Assembly (NCBI GenBank): GCA_964199315.1
Contig: OZ116698.1
Location: 17,174,001-17,238,000 of the forward strand
DNA from: Orbicella franksi
Taxonomy: Eukaryota
DNA: 64,000 nucleotides
Direction of reading: 5' to 3'
Shown here: piece after piece, positions 1-17,400 of the stretch
Layout of the letters: every line of letters begins with the position of its first letter
How positions within the stretch are numbered: position 1 is the first letter of the stretch
Notes under the pieces: generated by a model
Seen by the model: only the letters and a program-made list of their open reading frames with translations
Databases searched by the model: none
What the model was told of the DNA's origin: nothing
Made by a program: the position numbers and the translations under genes

Positions 1-3778
<3,778 letters not shown>

Positions 3779-5421
3779 TTTAAACTTATGCTCAGGCTAG
3801 GAAATGTTCTCCCAGACTTTAAAATAAAGGCTCCTTAACGCTTCAGAGGGCTCGTACATGTAGGTCACCATTTCTTCAGCTGCCATTTTCATAACACTCC
3901 ACGCGTTGAATGCTGGGAAGTCGAGTAGTTCTTTGAATGGAAAATCATTGGAACGGACTCCTGTATCAGTTCAAGATTACCCACAGTTTTGCTGCATTGT
4001 TTGACCTTTTTCGCCCTAGCGCGACCATTTTTCTTCCTGTGCTTTCTTTTGCGTGATTTTTGGCGTACTTAGAAAAAAGAGGGACAGCTTGAAGTCTACT
4101 CAAAAGTGCGCGTTCGTTCAGTGTCAGCAGGGCGCTTATACGTTAGTCAACGCGCGCGTGTTGCTATGTCAACGTTATGACGTGACAATGGATTCAACTG
4201 GCACTTAGGAAAAAGTTGAAAACTCGAGGAGCGCAGGGAATAAAAGTTGCTGTTTTAAAGTTTGAGTCAAAAACTAACTTCACAGCTTTGAACAGTTTCT
4301 TTTTTGCAACAAATGGAGATTAGGAATGCGATCGTCATGTGCGGAGAACGAAGATCCGCGAACTTGTTGGTAAGTATCTAAAAATGTTTGTAAAAATTTT
4401 AAATCATTAGCAGAAGCATAGTCATCTACAGAAGACATAAAGCCATGGTAAGCGTGGTGGAAAGATTCAGCACAACGTGAAGAATAGATTGAAAAGCGAA
4501 AAAGGTAAAGGAAAGATGAAAAATGTGCAGAAACGACCAAAACAAGAGTTGAATGATGCTGCAGTAAAGTTGAGAAAATAATTAAAAGAAAAGGATTGAA
4601 AACAGCAGCCGCTCGGTGCGCGCTCGCACGAGGTTCGGAAAGAGGTGCTGTTTTTAATTTCTTTTAAAATAGACAAATACCAGGTTGATTGCAGTTTATA
4701 GGTGAAATTTCTTACATCACATAATATCCGCTAAAAAAAGTTTTTCAAGTTTGGACGGGACGTCCAACTGCAAGCCCTCTCATACGCGGGCTAATACACA
4801 AAAACAACAACAATGTTCAACAACAACAACACCACCAATGAAGGCAACGAAAATAGTAAGTATGGATCCCTCAGAGTGAAAAGAGCGACTCTTTGTCGCA
4901 GTTATTATCGACTAATATCAAACAAATAGTAAACAATGACGATAACTTTCTGTCGTCTATTGAATTTATTGGACTGCAGTTCAACAACTTTTCTCGGATT
5001 TCACAAATAAATACGCCTATTTCTTCCACATTTTCCGTCCCGGTCAGTTATAAGTTGATCCATAGACTACAAAATATTTTCAACTGTAGGGATAATATGA
5101 TATAAAAAGACAATTTCGCTATTTCTTCTTCCACTTTTTCAATTTATAAATTAATCTACAAATAAAAGAAAGTAAGTTTGGACAACTTTAGCAAGATATA
5201 TCAAGCCATTCTTGCCATGCACTATGGTTTACGACAGCCGTTTACCATTCAAACAGAATGTCATATTCAACTCTACAATTGAATCTGCAAGTGAATCCCA
5301 TTCACTCCCAAGATCGGCCTTAAAATTCTCATAACTGCTATTAGGAATTCTTTTTTTAGGTTAAGAGAATTTAGGAACCTATCATTGTTTATTAAAACCG
5401 CTATTTGATTGACGATAAAAC

Positions 5422-8400
5422 TTAGTGAATGCTTCTTATTCCGACGATTGTCATGGTGATTCGATCCTCCACACCAAGATCAGTGGCAACGTCATGGAAT
5501 CTGAAGAAGAAATGAAATAAGTCAGTATTATGAGTCAAGGAAGTATTTAGTAATGACTAAAACAAGGCTCGATAGAAGATCGCGATCTTTTTGACACTGT
5601 TATCTTAACTGAAAGGCAAATCAGTCCCTTCTTCTAGCCTACACGTCAGTAGCATTTCAGCCATATATAGACAGACAGACAGACAAATAGACAGGTGGAC
5701 AGAAAGACAGAAAGACAGAAAGACAGGTAGGCAGGCAGGCAGGCAGGCAGGCAGACCAATTGAAAAACAGACTCTCTGCTCGTTGGGCCAGCCGGTCAAA
5801 CAGTCAGCTAATCCACTAGCTGACATATTAACTTACTTATCAGCCGATGCTTTGAGTAGCTCATTGATGTGCGTCAACGTCTGACTTGGTGTCACTTCAA
5901 GTGCTTCCAATACGTTGCAGAAATAATCTGGCAAAACAGTAACAACGTAACAATCTCATTAGATATCAGCATGATCTAAAATGCATCATTCGCTTTAAGC
6001 CATTTTCCTCTCCTCTTCAGCACGGATGTCGTAGAGCTCAAACCCCACGAAAGTAGGTAGCAACTATTTTCCCGATCTTTTAGAGCTGGATAGCAGACGT
6101 CACAGGTTACTTGCCCACAGGTTTCCTGCGCTTTTGGAACGGGATGGGAAAACTTCGGCCAATGGCTTTTTACTAATTTGCTATTATTTACCCACTCTTT
6201 TGAAGGTCGATTTTCAACTTCCTGCACCTCGCCGTGTGGCGAATAGCCGTGGAGTGAATTACTGGTAGTTTCCTCTAGATTTTTGAGCCGCCAGATATCA
6301 ACTCACCTATATCAGCCAATAGCTGTTGAGTGGAGTAGGGAGTCAGCTCATGGATCCGTAGGATACTCTCTGTGTAAGCGTGCATGGTTCCACGGGCGAT
6401 AGACCCAATCCAGTAAGTCCCAGGGTGGTGCTCATCTTCATCTGCAGACCCCAAAAACAAATAACTACTGCTATCAAAATACTTACTTACTTTGGCCCGT
6501 TACTCCTCCCGGAGCATAAGCCACCAACGATATTTCTCCATTCTACTCTGTCCTGTACTATCCAAGGTCATCAAAATACTTCTTTTTAATCCCCTCTATC
6601 TCTCACAGGCAAGTTGCGTTCATAGTCAAGAGTTCAAATGCCCACAAATCTTTCTAGTTACGAGGAAGCGATTATTTCAGGAATGTTATTTTCGGGTTCT
6701 TACACTCCAGTTTCTCATTAAAAAATGGCTTGTCGTGTTACGCGAATTAACGTTCAAGATAAGAAGATTTAAATAACGCTTCCTCTTTTCTATACAATTT
6801 TCAAACAGTTTACAGTGAACCTGTTAATTTTTTATCAACCCTAGATTATCCTTTTCAACAACAAATTTACCACGTCATTCACTGAGGGATAATACAAGTT
6901 ACTGGTAGTCAGTTTGTACAAAATTCCAAACTTTCTTACAGCCATACCTTGCAGATCCGGGAAGGGCAGGTTCCCTGCTTTCATGGCAGCCTCGAGTGCA
7001 GGATTCTCTTGCGTTATGAACGGCTCGAGTTGTTGAGGGAGAGTCAGAAGGTAATCACCAATCTAATGATAACAAAGAAATCGAGAGGATTGCTTTACCA
7101 AACTAATCATATTGTCAATTGCTGTAACAGTGGCAAGCGTAGGGGGCAGACTAGCGTAAGCTAGTTCACGATTAGTTTGGTTTCCATATGATAGCTATTG
7201 ATACGTGAAGACTGCTCGGACTGTACGTTAAAAGCGTTTATTAAGACTATTATCAATCTCCATGCAGCAAACTTACCACCTTATGCAACTAGAGGCGCGA
7301 TGAGACAAGATGAGGCAGCAAAGGCAAATAACATAGAAACCAGAATCACTGGAAAGCCGCCTATTCTAACGAGCGGTGTTACCTAATCAACCTTGTGTCT
7401 TCAGTCAAAATTATTTCACGGATTTCTCTTATTTCTTGGCTTTAAGCTACAAAGAGATGTTGCATCCAAACTCGCACGTGTACACTGTTATTGGCTTTAC
7501 ACCATACCCACATAAGAACACCGCTACACCATGAATCATAGCCAATGATCTAATGTGGAGCACGGATATAGACATACTCACGTGGGTAATGTAGCCTAAA
7601 GGAGACAAACTGAAGGTGGGCAGTTCATCACTTAATGCCGCTCCTGACTCAGGTGACTTAGCAGACCAAACCTGGAAAACATACCACAGACTTTTAAAAC
7701 TAAGAAGGACAAAGAGATCTTAAAACGTTCTTAACTGGCAAACAAGTACAATTGAGCGCTATAAACAAGTGAACATGTACCCTAAAATCAAAACCATTAT
7801 AAATCATCATCATCATCATAATAATAAGAATAATATTAATAGTAATAGTAATAGTTATAGTAATGACAATAATAATAATAACTGCTTATTCACAATTTCA
7901 ACGAAAAAGTTAAAAAGAGATAAAAGAGGTTATCCCTTTCTAGTTTATCTCCTTTTAATAATATTAAGAACATAATTAATATATTAATATAATTGACTAC
8001 GACTTAATTAAAAAGAATTAACTAAGAACATAAATGATAAATTAAAAACATCACATAATATTTCTCTCGCTTACCAAGCAACAGAGAAGTGACAAAACGT
8101 CAAAAAAAAAAATTAAAATGCTTTAAATGCAACGAAATTGGAAAAAAAAACTGCTGCTAACAAAATACTGAGCATAAAAAAAAACACCAGTGACACTTTA
8201 ACCAGATATTACCTGCAGTTTAGGAGTCTGAGCTAGCTGTTGCCTTATTTGGATGAACACAATGTCAAAAGCAAAAGTGTGTACTCGCTCGTTAAGGGCC
8301 TGAAGCTGCTCAGAAACACTGGAGAGGACTACAGCAGATTCACCAGCTAAACATCAATACACAATGGTAAGTATAACCAAAAAAACGAATAAGTGACAAC

Positions 8401-11400
8401 TAGAATATTTCTTGGTATACCACAAAAAAAAGTTGAATAACTAGTATAAATATTTTCACCAAGAATGCAAAAGTATTCATGTGACACATTGATGGGAATA
8501 TAATACAATAATAACGCTTAATGAATATCATAGTGATGGCGCAATCCGAAGAAGGAGTATGGAGCACAATATACAAACACAGGAACAGACAGCATAATAC
8601 ATAACACAAAAGCAGGAAGCAATGTATAACAATACTAACAGAGAATAATATAAAACACAGGAGCAGGGAGCAGAATATATAACACAGGACCAGGAAGCAA
8701 TGTAGGTAAGATTACACAGGAGCAGGGAGCAGAGTATATAACACAGAAACAAGGAGAAGAATATATAAAACAGGAGCAGGAAGCAGAATAAATAACACAG
8801 GAGCAGGGAGCAGAATATATAACACAGGAGCAGGAATCAGAATATATAACACAGAAGCAGGGAGCAGAATATATAACAATGGAGCAAGAAGCAGAATATA
8901 TAACACAGGAGGAGGAAGCAGAATATATAACACAGGAGCAGGGAGCAATACATAACACAGGAGCAGGAATCAGAATATATAACACAGGAGCAGGAAGCAA
9001 TACATAACACAGGAGCAGGAATCAGAATATGTAACACAGGAGCAGGGAGCAGAATATATAACACAGGAGCAGGGAGCAGAATATATAACACAGGAGCAGG
9101 GAACAGAATATATAACACAGGAGCAGGGAGCAATACATAACACAGGAGCAGGGAGCAGAATATATAACACAGAAGCAGGGAGCAGAATATAAAACACAGG
9201 AGCAAGAAGCAGAATGTATAACACAGGAGGAGGGAGCAGAATATATAACACAGGCACCGGAAGCAGAATACATAACACAGGAGCAGGAAGCAGAATATAC
9301 AACACAGGAGCAGGGAGCAGAATATATAACACAGGAGCAGGGAGCAATAAATAACACAGGAGCAGGGAGCAGGATATATAACACAAAAGTAGGGAGCAGA
9401 ATATATAACACAGGAGCAGGGAGCACAATATATAACACAGGAGCAGAAAGCAGAATGTATAACACACGAGCAGGGAACAGAATATTTGACACAGGAGCAG
9501 GGAGCAGAATATAGAATACAGAGGTAGGGAGCAGAATATATCACACAGGAGTAGGGAGAGGAATATATAACACAGGAGTAGGGAGCAGAATATTATAACA
9601 CAGGAGCAGGGAGCACAATATATAACACAGGAGCAGAAAGCAGAATGTATAACACATGAGCAGGGAACAGAATACTTGACACTGCAGCAGGGAGAAGAAT
9701 ATAGAATACAGAAGTAGGGAGCAGAATATATCACACAGGAGTAGGGAGCAGAATATTATAACACAGGAGCAGGGAGGAGAATATGGGTGCTTACCATTTG
9801 TCAGAATAAACCGGTTGGGATGACCATTGTATTATGGTAAGGGTTTTTCCAAAATCAGCAAACCAACCGAACAAGATGGCGCTTACCATTTGCAATTTGA
9901 TTTCTTGTGAGTGTTTTCGGCTGATGAGAGACTGGAAACTGGAAAATTTACCAAATGGTAAGGAAATTCCCGCTGTTCCATTCCAAACAGAAATAGAGGA
10001 CTACCTCTGAAGGTAGACTACAATTTCTGAATGGATTTTCTGGAAAATTACAGTTCCATTTGACTTTCAACCGAAATTTCTGGAGTTTTTTGCTAAATGG
10101 TAAGCACCCTATATAATACAGGAGTAGGGAGCAGACTATATAACACAGAAGCAGGGAGCAGCATATAAAACACAGTAGCAGGAAGGAGAATACATAACAC
10201 AGGAGCAGGGAGCAGAATATAAAACGCAGTAGCAGGAAGGAGAATACATAACACAGGAGCAGGGAGCAGAATATAAAACACAGGAGCAGGAAGGAGAATA
10301 CATAACACAGGAGCAGGGAGCAGAATATAAAACGCAGTAGCAGGAAGGAGAATACATAACACAGGAGCAGGGAGCAGAATATAAAACACAGTAGCAGGAA
10401 GGAGAATACATAACACAAGAGCAGGGAGCAGAATATATAACACAGGAGTAGGGAGCAGAATATATATCACAGGAGCAGGGAGCACAATATATAACACAGG
10501 AGCAGAAAGCAGAATGTATAACACATGAGCAGGGAACAGAATACTTGACACTGCAGCAGGGAGAAGAATATAGAATACAGAAGTAGGGAGCAGAATATAT
10601 CACACAGGAGTAGGGAGCAGAATATTATAACACAGGAGCAGGGAGGAGAATATGGGTGCTTACCATTTGTCAGAATAAACCGGTTGGGATGACCATTGTA
10701 TTATGGTAAGGGTTTTTCCAAAATCAGCAAACCAACCGAACAAGATGGCGCTTACCATTTGCAATTTGATTTCTTGTGAGTGTTTTCGGCTGATGAGAGA
10801 CTGGAAACTGGAAAATTTACCAAATGGTAAGGAAATTCCCGCTGTTCCATTCCAGACAGAAATAGAGGAGTACCTCTGAAGGTAGACTACAATTTCTGAA
10901 TGGATTTTCTGGAAAATTACAGTTCCATTTGACTTTCAACCGAAATTTCTGGAGTTTTTTGCTAAATGGTAAGCACCCTATATAATACAGGAGTAGGGAG
11001 CAGACTATATAACACAGAAGCAGGGAGCAGCATATAAAACACAGTAGCAAGCAGGAGAATACATAACACAGGAGCAGGGAGCAGAATATAAAACACAGGA
11101 GCAGGATGGAGAATACATAACACAGGAGCAGGGAGCAGAATATAAAACACAGTAGCAGGAAGGAGAATACATAACACAGGAGCAGGGAGCAGAATATAAA
11201 ACACAGTAGCAGGAAGGAGAATATGTAACACAAGAGCAGGGAACAGAATATAAAACATAGGAGTAGGGAGCAGAATATATAACACAGGAGTAGGGAACAG
11301 AATATATAACACAGGAGTAGGGAGCAGAATATAAAACACAGGAGTAGGGAACAGAATATATAACACAGGAGTATGGAGCAGAATATATAACACAGGAGTA

Positions 11401-14400
11401 GGGAGCAGAATATATAACACAGGAGTAGGGAGCAGAATATAAAACACAAGAGCAGGAAGGGGAATATGTAACACAGGAGTAGGGAGCAGAATATATAACA
11501 CAGGAGTAGGGAGCAGAATATATAACACAGGAGTATGGAGCAGAATATATAACACAGGAGTAGGGAGCAGAATATATAACACAGGAGTAGGGAGCAGAAT
11601 ATATAACACAGGAGCATGGAGCAGAATATATAACACAGGAGTAGGGAGCAGAATATATAACACAGGAGTAGGGAGCAGAATATATAACACAGGAGTAGGG
11701 AGCAGAATATAAAACACAGGAGCAGGAAGGAGAATATGTAACACAGGAGTAGGGAGCAGAATACATAACACAGGAGTAGGGAGCAGAATATATAAGACAG
11801 GAGTAGGGAAGAGAATATAGGACACAGGAGTAGGGAGCAGAATATAAAACACAGGAGTAGGGAGCAGAATATGTAACACAGGAGTAGGGAGCAGAATATA
11901 TAACACAGGAGTAGGGAACAGAATATATAACACAGGAGTAGGGAACAGAATATATAACACAGGAGTATGGAGCAGAATATATAACACGGGAGTAGGGAGC
12001 AGAATATACAACACAGGAGTAGGGAACAGAATATATAACACAGGAGTAGGGAGCAGAATATAAAACACAGGAGTAGGGAGCAGAATATATAACACAGGAG
12101 TAGGGAGCAGAATATATAACACAGGAGTAGGGAGCAGAATATAAAACACAGGAGCAGGAAGGAGAATATGTAACACAGGAGTAGGGAACAAAATATATGA
12201 CACAGGAGTAGGGAGCAGAATATAAAACACAGGAGTAGGGAGCAGAATATGTAACACAGGAGTAGGGAGCAGAATGTATAACACAGGAGAAGGAAGTAAT
12301 ATATAAAATAGAAGCAGGGAGCAGAATGTATAACACAGGAGCAGGGAGCAGAATGGATAACACAGGAGTAGGGAGGGGAATGTAAAACACAGAAGCAGGA
12401 AGGAGAATATGTAACACAGGAGTAGGGAGCAGAATGTATAACACAGGAGTAGGTACGGGAATGTAAAACACAGAAGCAGGAAGGAGAATATATAACACAG
12501 GAGTAGGGAGCAGAATGTATAACACAGGAGAAGGAAGAAATATATGAAACAGGAGCAGAGAGCAGAATGTATAACATAGGAGTAGGGAGCAGAATGTATA
12601 ACACAGGAGTAGGGAGCAGAATGTATAACACAGGAGCAGGGAGCAGAATGTATAACACAGGAGTAGGGAGCAGAATATATAACACAGGAGCAGGGAGCAG
12701 AATGTATAACAGGAGTAGGGAGCAGAATGTATAACACAGGAGTAGGGAGGGGAATGTAAAACACAGGAGCAGGAAGGAGAATATATAACAAAGGAGTAGA
12801 AAGCAGAATGTATAACACAGGAGAAAAAAGAAATCTATCAAACAGGAGCAGGGAGCAGAATGTACAACACAGGAGTAGACAGCAGAATGGAAAACACAGG
12901 AGCAGGAAGGAAAATATATAACACAGGAGTAGAAAGCAGAATGTATAACACAGGAGAAGGAAGAAATATATCAAACAAGAGTAGGGAGCAGAATGTATAA
13001 CCCAGGAGCAGGGAGAAGAATGTATAACAAAGGAGCAGGAAGAAGAATAAATAACACAGGAGTAGGGGGATAATTTATAACACAAAATGTATAACACAAT
13101 AACAGGGAAAAGAAAATATTAAAAAGGAATGGGAGCAGAATATATAACATAGGAGCAGAGAATAGAATATAAAACACAGGACCAAGGAGCACAACACAGG
13201 AGCAGGGAACAGAATATACATCACAGGAGAAGGGAGCAGAATATATAACACAGCAGCAGGGAACAGAAAATATTACAAGGAGAGGGAGCAGAATATATAA
13301 CACAGGAGCAGGGAGCTCAATACACAACACAGGAGCAGGGAACAGAATATATAAGGCAGGAGCAAGGAGCAGAATATATAACATAGGATTAGGGAGCAGG
13401 ATATGTAACACAGGAGAGGGAGCAGAATATATAAGACAGGAGCAGGGCGCAGGATATACAACACAGGACCAGGAAGCAGAATATAAAACACAGGAGCAGG
13501 GAACAGAATACATAACACAGTAGCAAAGAGCAGAATATATAACACAGGAACAGGGAGCAGAATATATAACACAGGAGCAGAGAGCAGAATATATAACACA
13601 GGAACAGGGAACAGAATATATAGCACAGGAGTAGGGAACAGAATATATAACACTGGAGCAGGAAGCAGACAATATAACACAGGGGCTGGGAATAGAAAAT
13701 ATAACACAGGAGCAGGGAACAGAATATATAACATAGGAGTAGGGAGCAGAATATATCACACAGAAGTGTGAAGCAGAATATATAACACAGGAGCAGGGAA
13801 CAGAATAAATAACACAGGAGCAGGGAGCAGAATATATATCACAGGTCTGGAGTAGGGAGCAGAATATTTACGACAGGAGCAGGGAGCAGAAGATATAACA
13901 CAGGAGCAGGGAACAGAATATATATCACAGGAGTGGGGAGCAGAATGTTTACCACAGGAGCAGGGAGCTGTATATTTAACACAGGAGCAAGGAGCAGAAG
14001 ATATAACACAGGAGTAGGGAGCGGAATATATAACACAGGAGTAGGGAGCAGAATATACAACACAGGAGTATGGAGCAGAATATGTAACACATGGGCAGGA
14101 AGGAGAATATGTAACACAGGAGCAGAGAACAGAATACATAATACAGGAGCAGGGAGCAGAATATATATCAGAGGAGTAGGGATCAGAATATATAATAGAG
14201 TAGTATGGAGTAGAATATGGAGCACATGGGCAGGGAAGAGAATATACAATGCAGGAGCAGGTATTATATAACACAGGAGTATGGAGCAGGATATACAAGA
14301 ATATCATAATATAGTCAATATACTCTGGTATGCAGCCTTGTTAGTATTAGGGCATGACTAGCCTAAGGCCTTCCATGTTACCCTTATGATAATTGCAGTC

Positions 14401-17400
14401 ACAGAGTGGTTTGTTAGTCTAAGAATTCCTTATGGTTTTAGTTTAGAATCAGGGGTTAGTTAGTAGCTGGAGTCATGGCATTCCACTCTAGGTTGTGTGG
14501 TATTACAGTTATTAGTGTTAGTAATGATTTCTGGATCAAGACATCATGAAACCCTGGTCAGGGTTTTTTCTAGACAGGACATTGTAATTTACATTCAAAC
14601 AATCTTGAAGATAATTTAACTGTAAGTAAGCCTAACACAAAGATGGGTGTGACCTGGAATGGACTTTTATTTTATCCAGGACTGGAATATATGTTGCATT
14701 ACCTTTGAAGAACACTTACATGTATTTAGCTTTAACAAAATAAAAATAATAAGGTGCAGAACAACTAATCAGCTGGTTTATCAAACCACAGGATGACTAC
14801 CAGTAGGATTTGGATTGGGACATAATAATTATTATACCTGTACTAGAATCTAAATGTTGTTTTAACTAGTAGCTACTACCAATAGTAAAAGAACTGTAGT
14901 GCAAATTACCTGTTTGAAGCTTCTGGACTAATTCATTCAATGCACTAAACTCAGCAGGTCTTTCTTTCTGCAGATAATTGTACCAATGAAATGGTCTCAA
15001 GTGAGTAGAAGTCTTTTCTTTGATTGCATCAGTATCAGGGCTTTCAGCGTCCTCTGTACAACTTAGAATTGCAGCAAGTAATCTTTTATCCTGGTTTTCC
15101 ATCTTTATCAGTAAATCACCTGCCCAAAAAAATTGGAAGAACATTTTAATGGTGAGCAATCTGTGAGATGAAAACACCTTCAGTTCGAATACTTTCAATT
15201 ACACGCACATTTAGCTCAAAATAAAAGACAGTGACATTAGGGGGATCCGATATTACAAGTGTGAACTTGTACTACCTAGCTCCATTTGGAGGCAGATCAA
15301 AATAAAGAAAAAAAATTGAAGGGTCACTACATGCACTGTAAGTAGGCAATGGACTTAAATGGATTACAGTTCTTCTTAAAGGGAATTATCTAGACTACCC
15401 ATGCAGAGGTTTCTGTTTATGATAAATAACATGTTTGCTTAATTATTTTAATTTAAAACAGCTCTGTTCAAAATATTATTCAGACACCAAGCAAGAACAA
15501 AATAAATATGAACATAACAATTCAATTTCGTAATTTTTTCAGGTATTTCTTCCATCTGTGCTTTACATTGGCATTCTCTATCAACCACACAGGGACACAA
15601 CGTAGTACAATTAAAAGCAGAAACAAGTGGCTTACCACAAATTTGAATTAGATGGAATGCATTCTGAAACATCGTCCAGTCTTCACTGAATTCTTCACTT
15701 GGTTGGATATCTACTTTAACATCCAAATCAAGGGAACATTCTTTTCTTAAACTTGAAATGCACTCATCCATACGTCCTGCATATGCACCAAAGAACTCCT
15801 GCATGTAGACAAGAGTGACTTCAACCACAACTTTTGTCAATATATCATACAGTGTATACAGAATACTACACTTCACAGTCTTTGGGTCAATTTTTCCTTA
15901 GCTACAATGAGACTTCATGTAAGTTTGCTACTGTCAATATTATACTACAGTAGGTTGCCAGAGAAGCTGGAGGGGTTCTCACCTCCAAGACATGACAGAG
16001 ACCATGTACAGCATAACCATCAGTGAGCTCCACACAATAATCAACTGCCTAAAGAAAAGAAAATAAATACCTAATACTTATAAAAGTTCTGCAACTAAAT
16101 TACATACAGAAATACATGTGCAGTGTGTAACATCCTGATCCGAGGCATATGCTAAAAGCAAATGTTTGTGAGCAACAAAGTAGAACATCATTGGATCCCC
16201 AGGACAAACTCAATTTTGGTAGCATAGAACCAAACTATAAAGAAGCATTCAAAAATTACTGTTATTACACATACTTTGGAAATTTGATAGCTACATATTT
16301 AAGAAGTAGGACTGATTTACAGATTACTGCTGATGAGCACTTGACTTACCTGTTCAGCAAGGTGAAATATTTTCTCTACAGATTCAGCCATGAAGCCGGC
16401 AGTCTCCATGAAGCCATCTGTGTGCTGTGTGTTGCGAAGAAACACAAAAAACATAAGACAAGCCATATGGTTAAAAGCAAGTACCAAGTAAATTAATTTA
16501 TCTATTTTAGTAATGTGAGGAGTGCTTGTACAATCTCAACATGTCAGCCAAAGGCTTGTGTTAAACGTGCTTGACAATAATAACATAAATTATGCTAAAA
16601 AAATCTGATCCCAAATGAAAAATCCTTGGCACCAAAGCACAATCCAAGTGTCCTTAATAACAAGGACTGACACAGAGGCATATCAACAATACAGTCAATT
16701 ACATTTATTAAGTGCATTGGATTTGCATTTTTCAACAATTGAAATTATTGAATTATTGAGATGGCAGAAATGAAAAATGAAAAATGAAAATGAAAATGGT
16801 AGCAAAAGAAGTTTACCAGCCGTGTTGCTTGTAACTGCTCCACGAGGTATGTCTGTTGCAGTGTGGGGTAATCCAACAAGTATGGAATGTAAGGTGAGTA
16901 GACTGCATCAACCAGCGTATTCACAGCATGCACACTACATTTGTCTGGTGTCACAGGAAAATAAAGATATAATCAATTTTCTGTTTTCATGGAAAACTCT
17001 AGATGGGAGTTCTACTGCAGGTGATAAAGAACAGAACAGAAAAACAATGTTTTGTACTGTACCTTGTTGCTGCAAGACTGCTTTTTCCAAACCATGAGCA
17101 AAGCGTAAAGTTACCTGACAAGGAAATAGAAGTTTAATATGATAAGTTTATGACTGGTTTTACTAGATAAATGACAAGATCTTTGGCTACAACACAGCCA
17201 ACAACACACTACACATCATGAGAAATTAAAACATTATTTTCTTCACAAATTGTGTACATGTAGGCAGCTATTGTGGAAAATGTCAACCTTCCTGTAATAA
17301 TTTACTTGCCTACACGTTACAAGATCTCTAATGAGGAACTGTGTAGCAAGACAGACAGTAGGAATTTAAATGTCCCTTGAGATTAAGGATCGCACATTAT

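Larger units (their letters stand above)
8555..14305. repeat. 27-bp minisatellite (consensus ATAACACAGGAG(C/T)AGGGAGCAGAATAT), roughly 190 units, filling COG7 intron 17
   Basis: Periodicity is visible throughout. The 9-codon period explains the long ORFs in all three minus frames ([27 protein letters not shown]). Both ends are degenerate. Confidence 0.97.

Noticed and set aside
6021-6204. Plus-strand exon-like segments inside COG7 intron 21
   Set aside because: Acceptor-like sites exist but the donors are weak and the peptides are unrecognisable. No coherent antisense gene could be built.
9921-9945. Hammerhead ribozyme-like CTGATGAG..GAAAC in the MITE
   Set aside because: Stem II cannot form (G opposite G), and I found no convincing stems I/III or cleavage triplet.
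8528-14307. Long ORFs (up to 711 aa) as a novel Cys/Leu/Pro repeat protein gene
   Set aside because: All three minus frames are open simply because the 27-bp unit lacks stop triplets. Frames shift at indels, MITEs interrupt the array, and it lies inside COG7 intron 17.
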